Part shown: positions 39,976 through 52,290 of the stretch, one piece after another
Position numbering within the stretch: position 1 is the stretch's first letter
Layout of the letters: each line of letters opens with the position of its first letter
Notes under the pieces: model-generated
Database searches by the model: none
The model's input: the letters and a program-made list of their open reading frames with translations, nothing else
What the model was told of the DNA's origin: nothing
Translations under genes and position numbers: made by a program
Assembly (NCBI GenBank): GCA_051294375.1
Contig: CM119264.1
Coordinates: forward strand, 27,984,981-28,048,980
From: Paraspadella gotoi
Lineage: Eukaryota > Animalia > Chaetognatha
Length of the DNA: 64,000 bases
Reading direction: 5' to 3'

Positions 39976-41722
39976 GCCTTCTGCGGTTTTCTACATCAGG
40001 AGATAGAGGACGATGTCGCTTTAAACGTCGCCCTCGGCCAAAGGCGCCGGCGAAAGCGATAAACCTCGCGGCGCCATTAACAACGCCGCGCCTCAATTGC
40101 GCACCGTTTTGCGCAGTTTCGCACATTTCGCTCCATTTTGCGCCATTTCGCGCCATTTTTGCGCCATTTTCAACCGCGATTTGGAAGCTGCCGTCGAGAA
40201 AGAAAAGCCGATTTAGGCGACGAGGTTTTGTTGAGTAGATTTTTCCTGGACGAAATAAACTTCGAAGTTGAAAATAAAGTTTTTATTTTTTTTAGGTGGG
40301 GGGGGGAGGGGGAGTTGATTCGAGGCGGAAGTTTTAATTCAGTAGGAATAAGTTGATTCAGAACGGATGTCGATTCAGAACGGAAGTCGATTCAGCGGAA
40401 AAGCGAAATTTTATTCAAGACGCAATTAATCGTTGAATCCCAAATTGATTTAGGATGTTTGTGGCTTTCGATTACATACGGCACCAGAAGTTGTGAGTGA
40501 TTACATACGGAAGCGGAAGTGGCTGTTAATTTCATACGGAAGCGCAAGTCGATGTTGAATGGTGAGCGAAATGGAAATATAAATTTCATTGAAAAAAATA
40601 AATTTAAATTGTGGAGAATTGTTAAGAGTTAAAAATTAAACCAATAAAAGAATATTGATGAATGCTATATAATTCTAACCAACATGAAGTTACACTTTGT
40701 TGAGACTTTAAGGTATACGAGGTGTCTTGACGTGAGTCTATAAGGCGGCCGTGATCCTTACTACGAAAAAAAAATAATGTTCACGTGAGACCAAAAAAAA
40801 AGTGGGTGTGGCTGCGAAGTTGGATCCGACAAAAGGCGAAGATGTAAGTCGAGAGATGAGGATCGTCGTCGTCGTCGTCTTTGTTGTCATCATCGCCTAT
40901 ATCATCGTCATCTTCTTCATTTCATCTTCTAAGTTCATTCTACTTTGTCTCATTTTTTAAAAATATTTTAATTTATTTTTGTTAATTTTTTTTATGTTCA
41001 GTTTTTATCTAAAGCATCAAGAAAAAAGTTTTCACCAGACAACGTGCTTGTTGTTATAATCGTCGTCATCGTCGTCGACTTTGTCATCGTCGTCGTCATG
41101 GTCGTCTTTGTCATGGTCATCGTTATCGTCGTCTTTGTCATCGTCGTNNNNNNNNNNNNNNNNNNNNNNNNNNNNNNNNNNNNNNNNNNNNNNNNNNNNN
41201 NNNNNNNNNNNNNNNNNNNNNNNNNNNNNNNNNNNNNNNNNNNNNNNNNNNNNNNNNNNNNNNNNNNNNNNNNNNNNNNNNNNNNNNNNNNNNNNNNNNN
41301 NNNNNNNNNNNNNNNNNNNNNNNNNNNNNNNNNNNNNNNNNNNNNNNNNNNNNNNNNNNNNNNNNNNNNNNNNNNNNNNNGGGTGGAAAGGTGGTGGTAG
41401 GTGGTTGGAAGATTAAGAGATTATGAAGAAAATCCGCCTTTGATCAAAATGTAGAGGATTTTAGTNNNNNNNNNNNNNNNNNNNNNNNNNNNNNNNNNNN
41501 NNNNNNNNNNNNNNNNNNNNNNNNNNNNNNNNNNNNNNNNNNNNNNNNNNNNNNNNNNNNNNNNNNNNNNNNNNNNNNNNNNNNNNNNNNNNNNNNNNNN
41601 NNNNNNNNNNNNNNNNNNNNNNNNNNNNNNNNNNNNNNNNNNNNNNNNNNNNNNNNNNNNNNNNNNNNNNNNNNNNNNNNNNNNNNNNNNNNNNNNNNNN
41701 NNNNNNNNNNNNNNNNNNNNNN

Positions 41723-41758
<36 letters not shown>

Positions 41759-42465
41759 AAGATATACCTTGAATGAAAATATAATAAATTAACAATAAAT
41801 TAAATAGAAGAACAGAGAAGATTATTAAGTGACCGTTGACTTATCATTCCGTCCGGATTTATTTGACCTTGGACCATTTGTGTTTGTGAAATGTCAAGAA
41901 AAGTTAAAAATCAAGAAGATTAATTTTTTCCCGGAATAAAAAATGAAGATAAAAAAATTTAATCAATTTATATAAAATCAGCGAAAGTATCTTAAGTAAT
42001 CAACTCCCTTTACTTATAATTAATGCGTGCTGGATAATTAATTCAATTTAATTCAATTTGATTTAATTAATAGAACTTCTATTAGAAGATGAATTAATTA
42101 AATGAAGACGTGGCTTTCATGTAAAGTATCAGAAAAGGAGAGGATGAGAAAAAAATGGGCACTTTTTTCCATCGATGCCCCCCTTGCTTCGGCTCCTGAA
42201 GCAGCGAACTAAAACACACGCACAAAACTCTTATCTTTTGCTACTTCCTTTTGCCATCTTGAATTAAGTTTTGTAAATATTTTGTAAGAAACAAAAGTCA
42301 CATAATTATGAACTTATGTAATAAAACAAATTAAACTTTAAAATGGGAGTTAACTAAATTCCTTGAAATGACAATTAAACAAAGTCGAATTATACAACCT
42401 CAGTTAAAGAGTAATAGCGTTGAACATCTTGTTACTTCACCCTCGATACCTCCGTCACTCGATCA

Positions 42466-42652
42466 GTGATCGATATGGTGAGTAGGACGGTGATTAAAGT
42501 AAACTAATGTTTTAATGAATGGTGATGGGTGATTTGTGATTGGTGATCGATATGGTGAGTAGGACGGTGATTAACGTAAACTAATGTTTTAATGAATGGT
42601 GATGGGTGATTTGTGATTGGTGATCGATATGGTGAGTATGACGGTGATTAAA
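42466..42652. repeat. 77-bp tandem repeat, about 2.4 near-identical copies
   Basis: GTGATCGATATGGTGAGTA starts at 42466, 42543 and 42620. Confidence 0.95.
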
Positions 42653-42692
42653 GAGATTACGACCCCAACGAAACCGACGTGGCGTCGCCTAA

Positions 42693-42897
42693 CCTCACCA
42701 TAGACACGATTCTTCTTAAGTGCCATCTCAGCATTAACACGGCCCCGCAAAAGTACCCTCTAACCATCAACGCAGCGCCGACAAAGTGCCAACTCACCAT
42801 AGACACGGCGCCGCTCAATTGCCATCTCACCATAGACAGGGCGTCGCCATAGCGCCATCTTTCTATCAACCCGGCGCCGCCAAAGGGCCATCTCTTC
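42693..42897. repeat. Diverged 33-bp minisatellite, about 6 copies (CTCACCATAGACACGGCGCCGCTCAATTGCCAT-like)
   Basis: Constant 33-bp period without indels; the minus ORF 42657-42920 shows an 11-aa periodicity. Confidence 0.85.
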
Positions 42898-42969
42898 GTG
42901 TCTTCGGCGCCCGACGACATTAAAGGCGAAACTCGATCTTTTCATCGCTCGTAAATTTTTGGGCCAAAA

Positions 42970-43019
42970 ATGACGACGACGACGACGACGACGACGAAGA
43001 CGACGACGACGACGACGAC

Positions 43020-43068
<49 letters not shown>
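42970..43068. repeat. Compound (GAC)n(GAT)n microsatellite
   Basis: Direct inspection. Confidence 0.95.
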
Positions 43069-43070
<2 letters not shown>

Positions 43071-43407
43071 GCAGAAGGAAGGCAAAAAGTTTTACAATTT
43101 CGATTACAATGAGGACGCAGAGGGAAAGCAGCGGCAGCAGCAGAAGCAGCGGAAGGTGCAGCAGACGCAGCGGGGGCAGCAGCGTGAGCAGCAGCCGTTA
43201 AGAAAATAGAGTAACACTAAACAATCCCTGCTCACGGTTTTCCCGTTAATTCAAGTCAGACGACGAAAACGACGACGACGATAACAACAACAACGACGAC
43301 GACGATAACGACGACGACGGCGCAAGAATCGTCAGGGGAAAAGCGGAAGAGGCGTTTCGACGCTTAACGCGGCCACCATCTGTTTTCGCAAAGAGAGAAA
43401 GAGAGAA

Positions 43408-43529
<122 letters not shown>

Positions 43530-46500
43530 CCTCTCGCCCTAATGATCGGACATTTTCCAGGGGCGAAGGAGAGAGTCGCGTCTGCGACGAGGAGGTGCAA
43601 GCGAGGAGGTGCATTGACAGTAACTGGTAGGTGCAAGAGGAATCAGGAGGAAGTTTCGGGGTTGCAGTGGTGACGGGGAGGTGTAAGAAGAATCGGGTGC
43701 TAAGAAAGGAACAAACTTTTAAAGAATTTAAAAACAAAACGAAACAAACAAAAATAAAAGGATGAATGAAATTTAAAAAAAAAGAAATGAACATCGATGA
43801 TGAAGAGAAAGAAAACAACAAAGTAAGACAACAACAACAACAACGATAACAATAAAGTGCATCTCGATTCCAAGAGTAAACAGTTGAAAGCACAAAATGA
43901 AACCAAGACTAAAAATGAAAACAATCTCTCGACGGGAAGTGGCGGCGCGCGCGCGGTGTTTTGGCCGTAACGGTGTGAGTGTTATTCATGTTGGCGGCGC
44001 CCCGGGTTTTGCGTGTCCGTTTGGCAGGGTTTCTAATGCTGGCCGGCTCTCGGGTGCCTTGCAGGATTTTTTTTGTCGAGGCTTTGTCCCCTGGTGGTGT
44101 GGCGTGTGGTGTTCGGCCGCTTCAGACCGACGTCGGACATGGTTCTACGCATGACGTGGAAAATGTAAAAGAGAAGGCCGGCCGTCCCCAAACCAGGTGC
44201 GTCGGAGGCGGTGGGAGAGCGAAAGAAATGCGGCACGCCAATCGAAAACAATAAGATAGCAATTCTTCACCTGCGTGTGCGACTTCCCGGAAAGATGAGA
44301 GGAGAGATGAGAGAAGATCATTGATCGATAGTATGAGGAGGATGAGAGAGAAGGAGACCACGGAGAGATTAGGAGGAGAGAGATTGAGAGGATTGATGAA
44401 AGTGACGCCTGAGCAAGGGCAGCGAAGGAGGACAATACGATGTTGAATTTTAGGATAAGGAGCATAGAGCGCAGACCCCAAGAAGAAGACAGGGAGAGAT
44501 AAAAACGATGATGAGGCGCGGACGTGAACTGTAGAGATGTGGATAAGTTTTGTACGCAATGTCTTTCCAAAATTGACGCTGAGGGAGGTAGTACAAGTGT
44601 CAGTAGCGGCTGCTGGGTTTCCCTCCTGATCATTCTTCTCAGACGTATTTTTAAAAATATCTTTCGACGAAAGATGAACCTGAGAATGTATAAGACAGAA
44701 ATTAAATCGCGTACGGATAAGTGGTATAATAGCGACGCGCTCGCGCGCTCTCATTTATCCCCCAAAACATTAACTAGTCGCTGTGACCATTTACTTTGTT
44801 TTCTCAGCAACATTATAATTCTGCTTGCTCGGTCTGCCTCATACAACAAATACTTCACAAAGCTCTCGCCGAGATATAAGGAGTAAACAGCGCATACAGG
44901 CAGTAAGCACGGGAGAGTGATTGGGCCTGCGCGCAGAGACCTTGACGTGCTCCGCGCATGCGTTTAGGGATGAGGTGAGGCAATATGATATATACGAAAT
45001 AATTAGGTATTTTGGATATTCATTTTGGGTAGTTCAATGAAGAATCGTGATATAAAGTGTTGTATATAACAGATGTTGTTTGTCCTATGAGTCGACGAAA
45101 AAAAAAAAAATCGTTTTTGTGCTGCTTTAGCGTCTGTGTCCTAGTTTCGACGTAAATGGGTTCTCAGTGCGGTCTTATGATACTGTGCTGACAGGGAGAA
45201 TTATCGCAGCTGCTGGTTAGGTTATCAACGAATTACTTGCTCTGGCGCTTTCGTGAGGCGCTGTGGCGGGGCGCGTGAGGCAGCTCGAGCTGCGCTGGGT
45301 TACTTAAGAACACGTCTCCACCATAAGCATTCCGTTAACGGAAATGTATAGACCATGTGAAGAGGGGAGTAAATGATAGAGCTGTGCACTCTCTTTTGCG
45401 AGCATGCTGAGGGGTACGCGAACTCAACCTTTTTGAGCAGAAGACGAATGAGAATATTAGAAAAGTGAAACAGATTTGAGATAGATTTATATTTGTGATG
45501 AGGCGATTTTCTGCAGCTGAAAAAAATTTCGTTTCTCATGTATTTTTTGTTCAGCCTTCACTTTGTTGTAAGTTTCTTTTTCCTGTCAGAAAAAATAACA
45601 AGCAGATTGGTATAGCATGTCCGTAACTCGTTTTGTTGAGAATCAATTATAATCACTGGTACAGAAGCAGAACCCCGCGATGAGTCTTGATTCAAGATGA
45701 ATGTGAAGTGAGAATTTTGAGAGAGCGCATCCTATGAAAAATTCCTGGTCATGGTATCTTCTATCCTTCATCATCCATCAATCACGAATCATAGCTCCGT
45801 ACTGCTATGTACCACTTTTGTTCACATTCTTTGTTTAAGTGCCGTGATCTATCTATTTTCCATGCTTTTCAATCCTTCTAGGGTCTACCAACTCAAACAT
45901 CTCGCAAATCCACCTCTCGAGAGAATACTGTTGACATTAATGAACAAGAAGGAAGCCCCGGGGTCGAATAGGAACCTCCGTAGACTTTCTTTCGCTTCTA
46001 TTTGAGCAGGCCATTCCAAGCACGATTGGGACTCGCTTCCCTCTAATAGTTCGTTCGATGCTCGCTCTTCGCTTCGGTCTCCTCGAAAAGAAGAAGAATG
46101 GAAAGTAATTTGTATGGGCCGCTTGAAGAGTAGATATTCCTGTCCGTGGGGGAGGGAGACGTAGCGAGAGAAAGACAGAATAAGAGGGATCCGAACGAGA
46201 TCGGCTCGCATGCCATCAGACATACCGCCCCAGATTTTCCCCGAACAAGGAACCGGGCATACCTTTTAAGAGGATAGAGACGCGACTTTTCAAAGATTGG
46301 ATTTGACATTATGAAAAGTGGATCTTCAACGCAAGTGAATAAATACATGGTCTTAATAGTAGATCGTAAAAAGAAACTATGTCAAGAGGTTCCTCAATGT
46401 TTGGTTCAGTTTATAGGTGAGGTAATTTTTTAAAATAGTCTAGCGTTATATTAAATGATAGCTTATTGAAGTGCAGCTTGAAGGGCTTTTTTGACAAGAG

Positions 46501-47649
46501 AGAAAAAAAAAGACAAACCAGAAATAACGGAGAGAAGATTTTTTTTTTGAACGCAGAGAGAGTTATGTATATTTTGGCTGTAAAATAGATAGTTATTAGA
46601 TTGTTGAAAACATGCCCAGAATCGAGCGGCAGAGATCTGGACCGTGAAGGATAGTTTCGAGACGGGAGAGCCCCAAAATACCCAGAACCCGGAAAGGCAG
46701 CACCAGAAAGGTGAAGAGGCGTAGAGACCACATACGAGATCCCCTACTGGATGAAAAAATCTTTTTAGGGGTCAAACATCGCCAAATCCGGCTGGCGTAC
46801 GACGAACAAGAGCCAGGGAAAACGGGAACGAGACAGCAGACAAGCAGTCCCTATTCAGATGCTGACGTGACAACGTAAGAAAGATACATAATAAGCAATA
46901 TACGCCTCCAGAAGCGACGCAATAATATGATGTGTTCGTTCCTTATGATTGGCGCGACTCTCTGTGGTCTGAGCGGAGTGGTCGTGACGGATAGACGGCC
47001 AAAAGGTGACTGTCAGCGATAATATTCTTCAGTCGTGAATTTTAGCTGCAGCAGTGGTCACACGCAGAAGATCTTCGTGTCATAAGTGAATGCTGCTGAG
47101 CGACTGTGAACACGCTTGCGAAGGTGGTGTGCACTTGATGGTGTGCGAAGCATCGCGTTCTGTGGACCTGTAATAGCTGCGCGGACGAATGAGACGCAGC
47201 GTCACTCGGAGTGTTGCGGAGCGGGAGAAAGAAAGATAGTAAAGAGGACGTTCGGAGGCGGACGGACGTACAGAAAGACTATGTAAGCAAGGGAGGAACA
47301 AGTTCTAAAAAGGAGGGCTAAGAGGTGACCTACACAAGAGGTTAGTTAGAGATCCTCGACTCATATCGTGAGAGGAGGAAAGTCAAGAGAAAAGAAAAAA
47401 AGAAAGAAAGATGGTCATCGAGGAGGGATAATCCAACGAGTGGATCAGCTGAGAGACAGTAATACTACGAAGGGACAGGAACGTGGTAGTAATTGAGAAG
47501 GAAATGAGTCTGGCGTGAGTATATCGACAGTAGAGAAGAGAGAAGAGATGTTTCTCGAATGTCAGTCAAAATATATATACAGTTGGAGAGTGTGAAAAGG
47601 TGGAAGTTTAAACAGAATTGAGCAGAAAAAGTGATGTGGTTTGAGTTGT

Positions 47650-47915
47650 TGGAGACAATTTAAGCAAGAAAGAGGTTGACTGAGATAGAAAGTGAGAGGA
47701 AGAGAGAGCGAAGTCTGAGACTCTGAATGAGTAAGATGAGTGTGATATACGAATTAGGAAGACCAAGTTGCATCTTCGTGTCGCGCTGACGTTTGTGGAA
47801 CTGCTGGGAGGATCCGTTTCGACGGATGGGATCGATCCATTATTCACGGATCACACGGACCGAAAACATGGGGTCCCGACTCGTAGCGAGTCCATCCGAG
47901 ATGTCCTTTTAGTCT
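47650..47915 (+). repeat. Noisy duplicate of 49430-49610
   Basis: Shared strings ATTTAAGCAAGAAAGAGG, TTATTCACGGATCACACGGACC, CATGGGGTCCCGAC and GTCCTTTTAGTCT in the same order on either side of the 25-N gap at 49076-49100. Confidence 0.8.
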
Positions 47916-49100
47916 CTGATTCTCATTCTTTCTCTGTGCCTACTTCTCTATACGGAAATGGTCCGTTCACTATTCTGTCTGTGTTTCATAGTCTCTTCAT
48001 TTTCTGTTCGCCATATGTTTGTACTTGATTGATATATTCTGTCTCATCTGTGCGCTCTTCGTGTTTTCTTTTCCTCTCTTTAACAAGAAAACCGAATTAT
48101 TACGACTCCACTTGATCTTCATTTTTCTTTTCGCGTCCTGGTCTGGTTCTCACGAGGGTTCATGCAGCAGCTGCTTGCGAAGGTAGAGATGTCGCGGGCT
48201 TTCCTCACTGTTGTTCGAGCGACATTCGTCTCTACCTCACATGTGTGAAAATGACTGTATACCGCACATATAAACTATCCTTTGTTGCCGTACTCGCTCC
48301 TCGATTCTAGTACAAATCGCCGATCTCAGCTCCGTAAATCCAAATATCGTGCCAGATTAGAAACTTAAGTCCCTCTCTCGCATCGATTACTAGCTAGCGC
48401 TACTTATACTCACTCATCCATCACATATCGATCTGTCATCTCTCCTCACTATATATTGCGACTTATACGATTACTCTAAATACGGTGTACGAATGACTAC
48501 TACATCGCTCATTTTGATAGTGGTCCCACGTATTATCTATATCCGTTATCTTCCTCCTTCTCTCGCTCATCATCATGCTTTTCTTGGTGCATTTGCTCGC
48601 GTTCCTGACGTCCGTCCTCTCTCTCTCTCACATGCATCGCTGCTCCACATTTGTCTATTCAAAACAGAGGGAGGATAACAGGAACTAAGATTAGTACCGT
48701 CTCTAAGCAAGACCCAATGTTTTCTCTCCTCCCTGTACATCCTTTGTGTCCTCTCTCTTCTCCTCTCTCTCTCGTCCTCTCCTCTTAGCCTCTGCTCTCT
48801 CTTCTCTCTATCTATCGACGTCGCATCTCTGCTCTCTCCATGCTTCGCGCTTTCTTTAGCTCCACTTCATATGTCCTGGATACATCTCACTCATCTGAAT
48901 ATAACCTCTCGTTACTCTCGGCTCCTCAAGCCTGTTATGTTGCCCTCTTCGGCGTGTCCGTGTCTCTCTCATACTCCGCCTTCCTGCTCTCTCAATGGGC
49001 CTATCTCCTATAACTCTCATCCGCACTCTGGAAACCGCCTCTCTCTCTATCTCTCTCTCCCATCTTCTCTCTTTTNNNNNNNNNNNNNNNNNNNNNNNNN

Positions 49101-49133
<33 letters not shown>

Positions 49134-49299
49134 TCTCGATGTCATTCACTTTTATTATTCTTCTTTTTCCTTTTCAATCCTTTAGGGTCCAACTGACCGA
49201 ATGTTCTTTGACAAGACAGGGTCAATCCTCGAGATTCTCGTTTCTTCCTTGACTTCCCTCTAAGTCGTCGTCGTCGTCGTCGAAAAGAAGAAAGAAAGT

Positions 49300-49383
<84 letters not shown>

Positions 49384-49858
49384 AATAAAGAAAGAAAGAA
49401 AGACAGTCAAATAAAAAAAGAATGAGCGAAAGGGAGAACATTTAAGCAAGAAAGAGGGAGAGTGAGAAAGAGAGAGAGAAGTCTTGGCGAGAGGGAGAAG
49501 GAATTCTTGGCGAGGACCTTTCACATGATCATCCATTTATTCACGGATCACACGGACCAAAACACATGGGGTCCCGACGCTACCCCCCGGAGGTCCTTTT
49601 AGTCTTCCTTCTCTTCTTCCTCTTCCTCTCTTCAATGTCCCTTTCCTCTCTTTCTCTTTTAATATCATCTTCTTTTCTTTTTCCCTATTTTCTTCTTTTT
49701 TATTTATTTTATCTTTTCCTCTTTTCTTTTCTTTTCCTCTTCTTTCACCATTTTCACACTTTCCTTCTTTTTCTTTTCCCTCCTTATGTTCTCACAAGTT
49801 CTCTTGTCAATCTTCTTTCCTCCTTGTCCTCTCTCACATTTTGTTTCCCCTTTTATCC

Positions 49859-49896
<38 letters not shown>

Positions 49897-50081
49897 NNNN
49901 NNNNNNNNNNNNNNNNNNNNNNNNNNNNNNNNNNNNNNNNNNNNNNNNNNNNNNNNNNNNNNNNNNNNNNNNNNNNNNNNNNNNNNNNNNNNNNNNNNNN
50001 NNNNNNNNNNNNNNNNNNNNNNNNNNNNNNNNNNNNNNNNNNNNNNNNNNNNNNNNNNNNNNNNNNNNNNNNNNNNNNNNN

Positions 50082-50115
<34 letters not shown>

Positions 50116-51894
50116 TTTCATTCCTCCTCCCTCCCCATTTTTTGGGATGCTCGCCTTTCTTCTTGTTAATCTTTCTGACCCCAATTAACTCGTTCCTTCT
50201 GGTTTCTCCAGTTTTATTTGAGAAAGAAGAAGAAAAGGGTTTTTTTTTCGAGAAAAAAAGTTTTATTGTGAAGAGAAGTGAATTGTTGTCGTGAGAAAAG
50301 TCTTTTTCCTCAAGAAATAATGTTTTTTTCACATGTTTTGTCTGATAAGGACAAATTCGAGGTTTTACAAAATTGTATTTTGGAATTCAATTTAATTTTG
50401 AATGTGACGTGGGTTTTGGAGTTTAGCTCACAGCGAAAGAAACGTAGGACCCAATTCTCACAAGTATTGAAGATCGCGATTACAACCGTGAGCAAATGTT
50501 AGCGACTGTGTCCATTGTCCAATTGTCCAATCAGCAATGTCCTGCTTAACGTTTGCCAACCAATAATCATCATCGATTTTACAGAATCTCTATCAAATCA
50601 TTTACCAGGTGAATGCTCTCCCACTCTGTCACTTTGCCACTCTGCAACTACTTCATTCCGCCATTCTGCCACTCTACCACACTGCCATTCTTCCATTAAC
50701 GCCATTCGCGATAACCTCGAGTCCCTCGCGCCAAATTCCATCCGTCCGTCCGTCCGTCCTTCCGTCAATTCATCGACGAAGTCAGAAGTATCGACGTTTA
50801 AAGTGCCTCCTAAAGTCGTTTAGTCCCATGGACTTGCTCTCTCTCTCTCTCTCTNNNNNNNNNNNNNNNNNNNNNNNNNNNNNNNNNNNNNNNNNNNNNN
50901 NNNNNNNNNNNNNNNNNNNNNNNNNNNNNNNNNNNNNNNNNNNNNNNNNNNNNNNNNNNNNNNNNNNNNNNNNNNNNNNNNNNNNNNNNNNNNNNNNNNN
51001 NNNNNNNNNNNNNNNNNNNNNNNNNNNNNNNNNNNNNNNNNNNNNNNTTTCACTTTTAAATAATTTATGCAAGCGTTTTTCGCAAGTGGGCGAATTCGTC
51101 TGATGGTTAAAAAGAATTAATGTGTATGTAAAAATAAGTCCAAACACTCAACAAGTTAGAAGCTTGAATTTTTCTATGCTTGTCTAACCTCTACCGGTAA
51201 AAGAGAGAAGTCTTAAGGCACCATTGCCTGTCCGTTTTCCAAAGTCAAGAGCGAGATTGGTGGTTGTATGTAAGTATGTATGTATGTACCAATCTCATGT
51301 AGATGGAAGATACAAAAAAGTCGTCAGGAAATTAAGAACGAAAAAAGACGGACTAAAATGGAAAACATAGGAAAGAAAATTAAAAATAAAAAAAAACTTA
51401 TGAAAAAAATTCGAAAAATAAGCAAAGATACAAAAANNNNNNNNNNNNNNNNNNNNNNNNNNNNNNNNNNNNNNNNNNNNNNNNNNNNNNNNNNNNNNNN
51501 NNNNNNNNNNNNNNNNNNNNNNNNNNNNNNNNNNNNNNNNNNNNNNNNNNNNNNNNNNNNNNNNNNNNNNNNNNNNNNNNNNNNNNNNNNNNNNNNNNNN
51601 NNNNNNNNNNNNNNNNNNNNNNNNNNNNNNNNNNNNNNNNNNNNNNNNNNNNNNNNNNNNNNNNNNNNNNNNNNNNNNNNNNNNNNNNNNNNNNNNNNNN
51701 NNNNNNNNNNNNNNNNNNNNNNNNNNNNNNNNNNNNNNNNNNNNNNNNNNNNNNNNNNNNNNNNNNNNNNNNNNNNNNNNNNNNNNNNNNNNNNNNNNNN
51801 NNNNNNNNNNNNNNNNNNNNNNNNNNNNNNNNNNNNNNNNNNNNNNNNNNNNNNNNNNNNNNNNNNNNNNNNNNNNNNNNNNNNNNNNNNNNNN

Positions 51895-52290
51895 CGCCAA
51901 CTTCTTGCGTGCGAAATTAAAATTGCTTTGATTGACTTATTGCGTGTAAATTATGAGTTTGCAATGTACCAAAGGTGGAAGGCGACTTCGAGGCAAAAAG
52001 AGTTTACGTGTTTGTTCCATGTGAAATCGAAGTTGCACGTGGCGAGTGAATTGCGCGTAAATTTACCAAATGTTGCTCGTGAATTTGACGTTTCATGTTC
52101 TGACTTGTTGCGTGAAAAATTGATCTTTTTATTATCAATTTGTGGCATGTAAATTTTAGGATAGAAGTATCTTGTTTTTGCCTTTAAATTCAAGTGAGCA
52201 CACGCCCTGTGGTACAAGAGAATTTTATGTTGCACGAGTCAAATGTTACGTGCGAATTTTTGGTCGCACGCATCGAAGGGCGTGTCAGCG
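51895..52290. repeat. Degenerate array of TTGCGTG..AAATT..TTGCACG motifs; possible non-autonomous DNA element remnant
   Basis: Several TTGCGTG/GTTGCACG motifs recur; the left end is lost in a gap. Confidence 0.4.

Noticed and set aside
50585-50608. 24-nt microexon (TTTTACAG|...CAG|GTGAAT)
   Set aside because: No neighbouring exons to link it to; likely chance splice-like signals.
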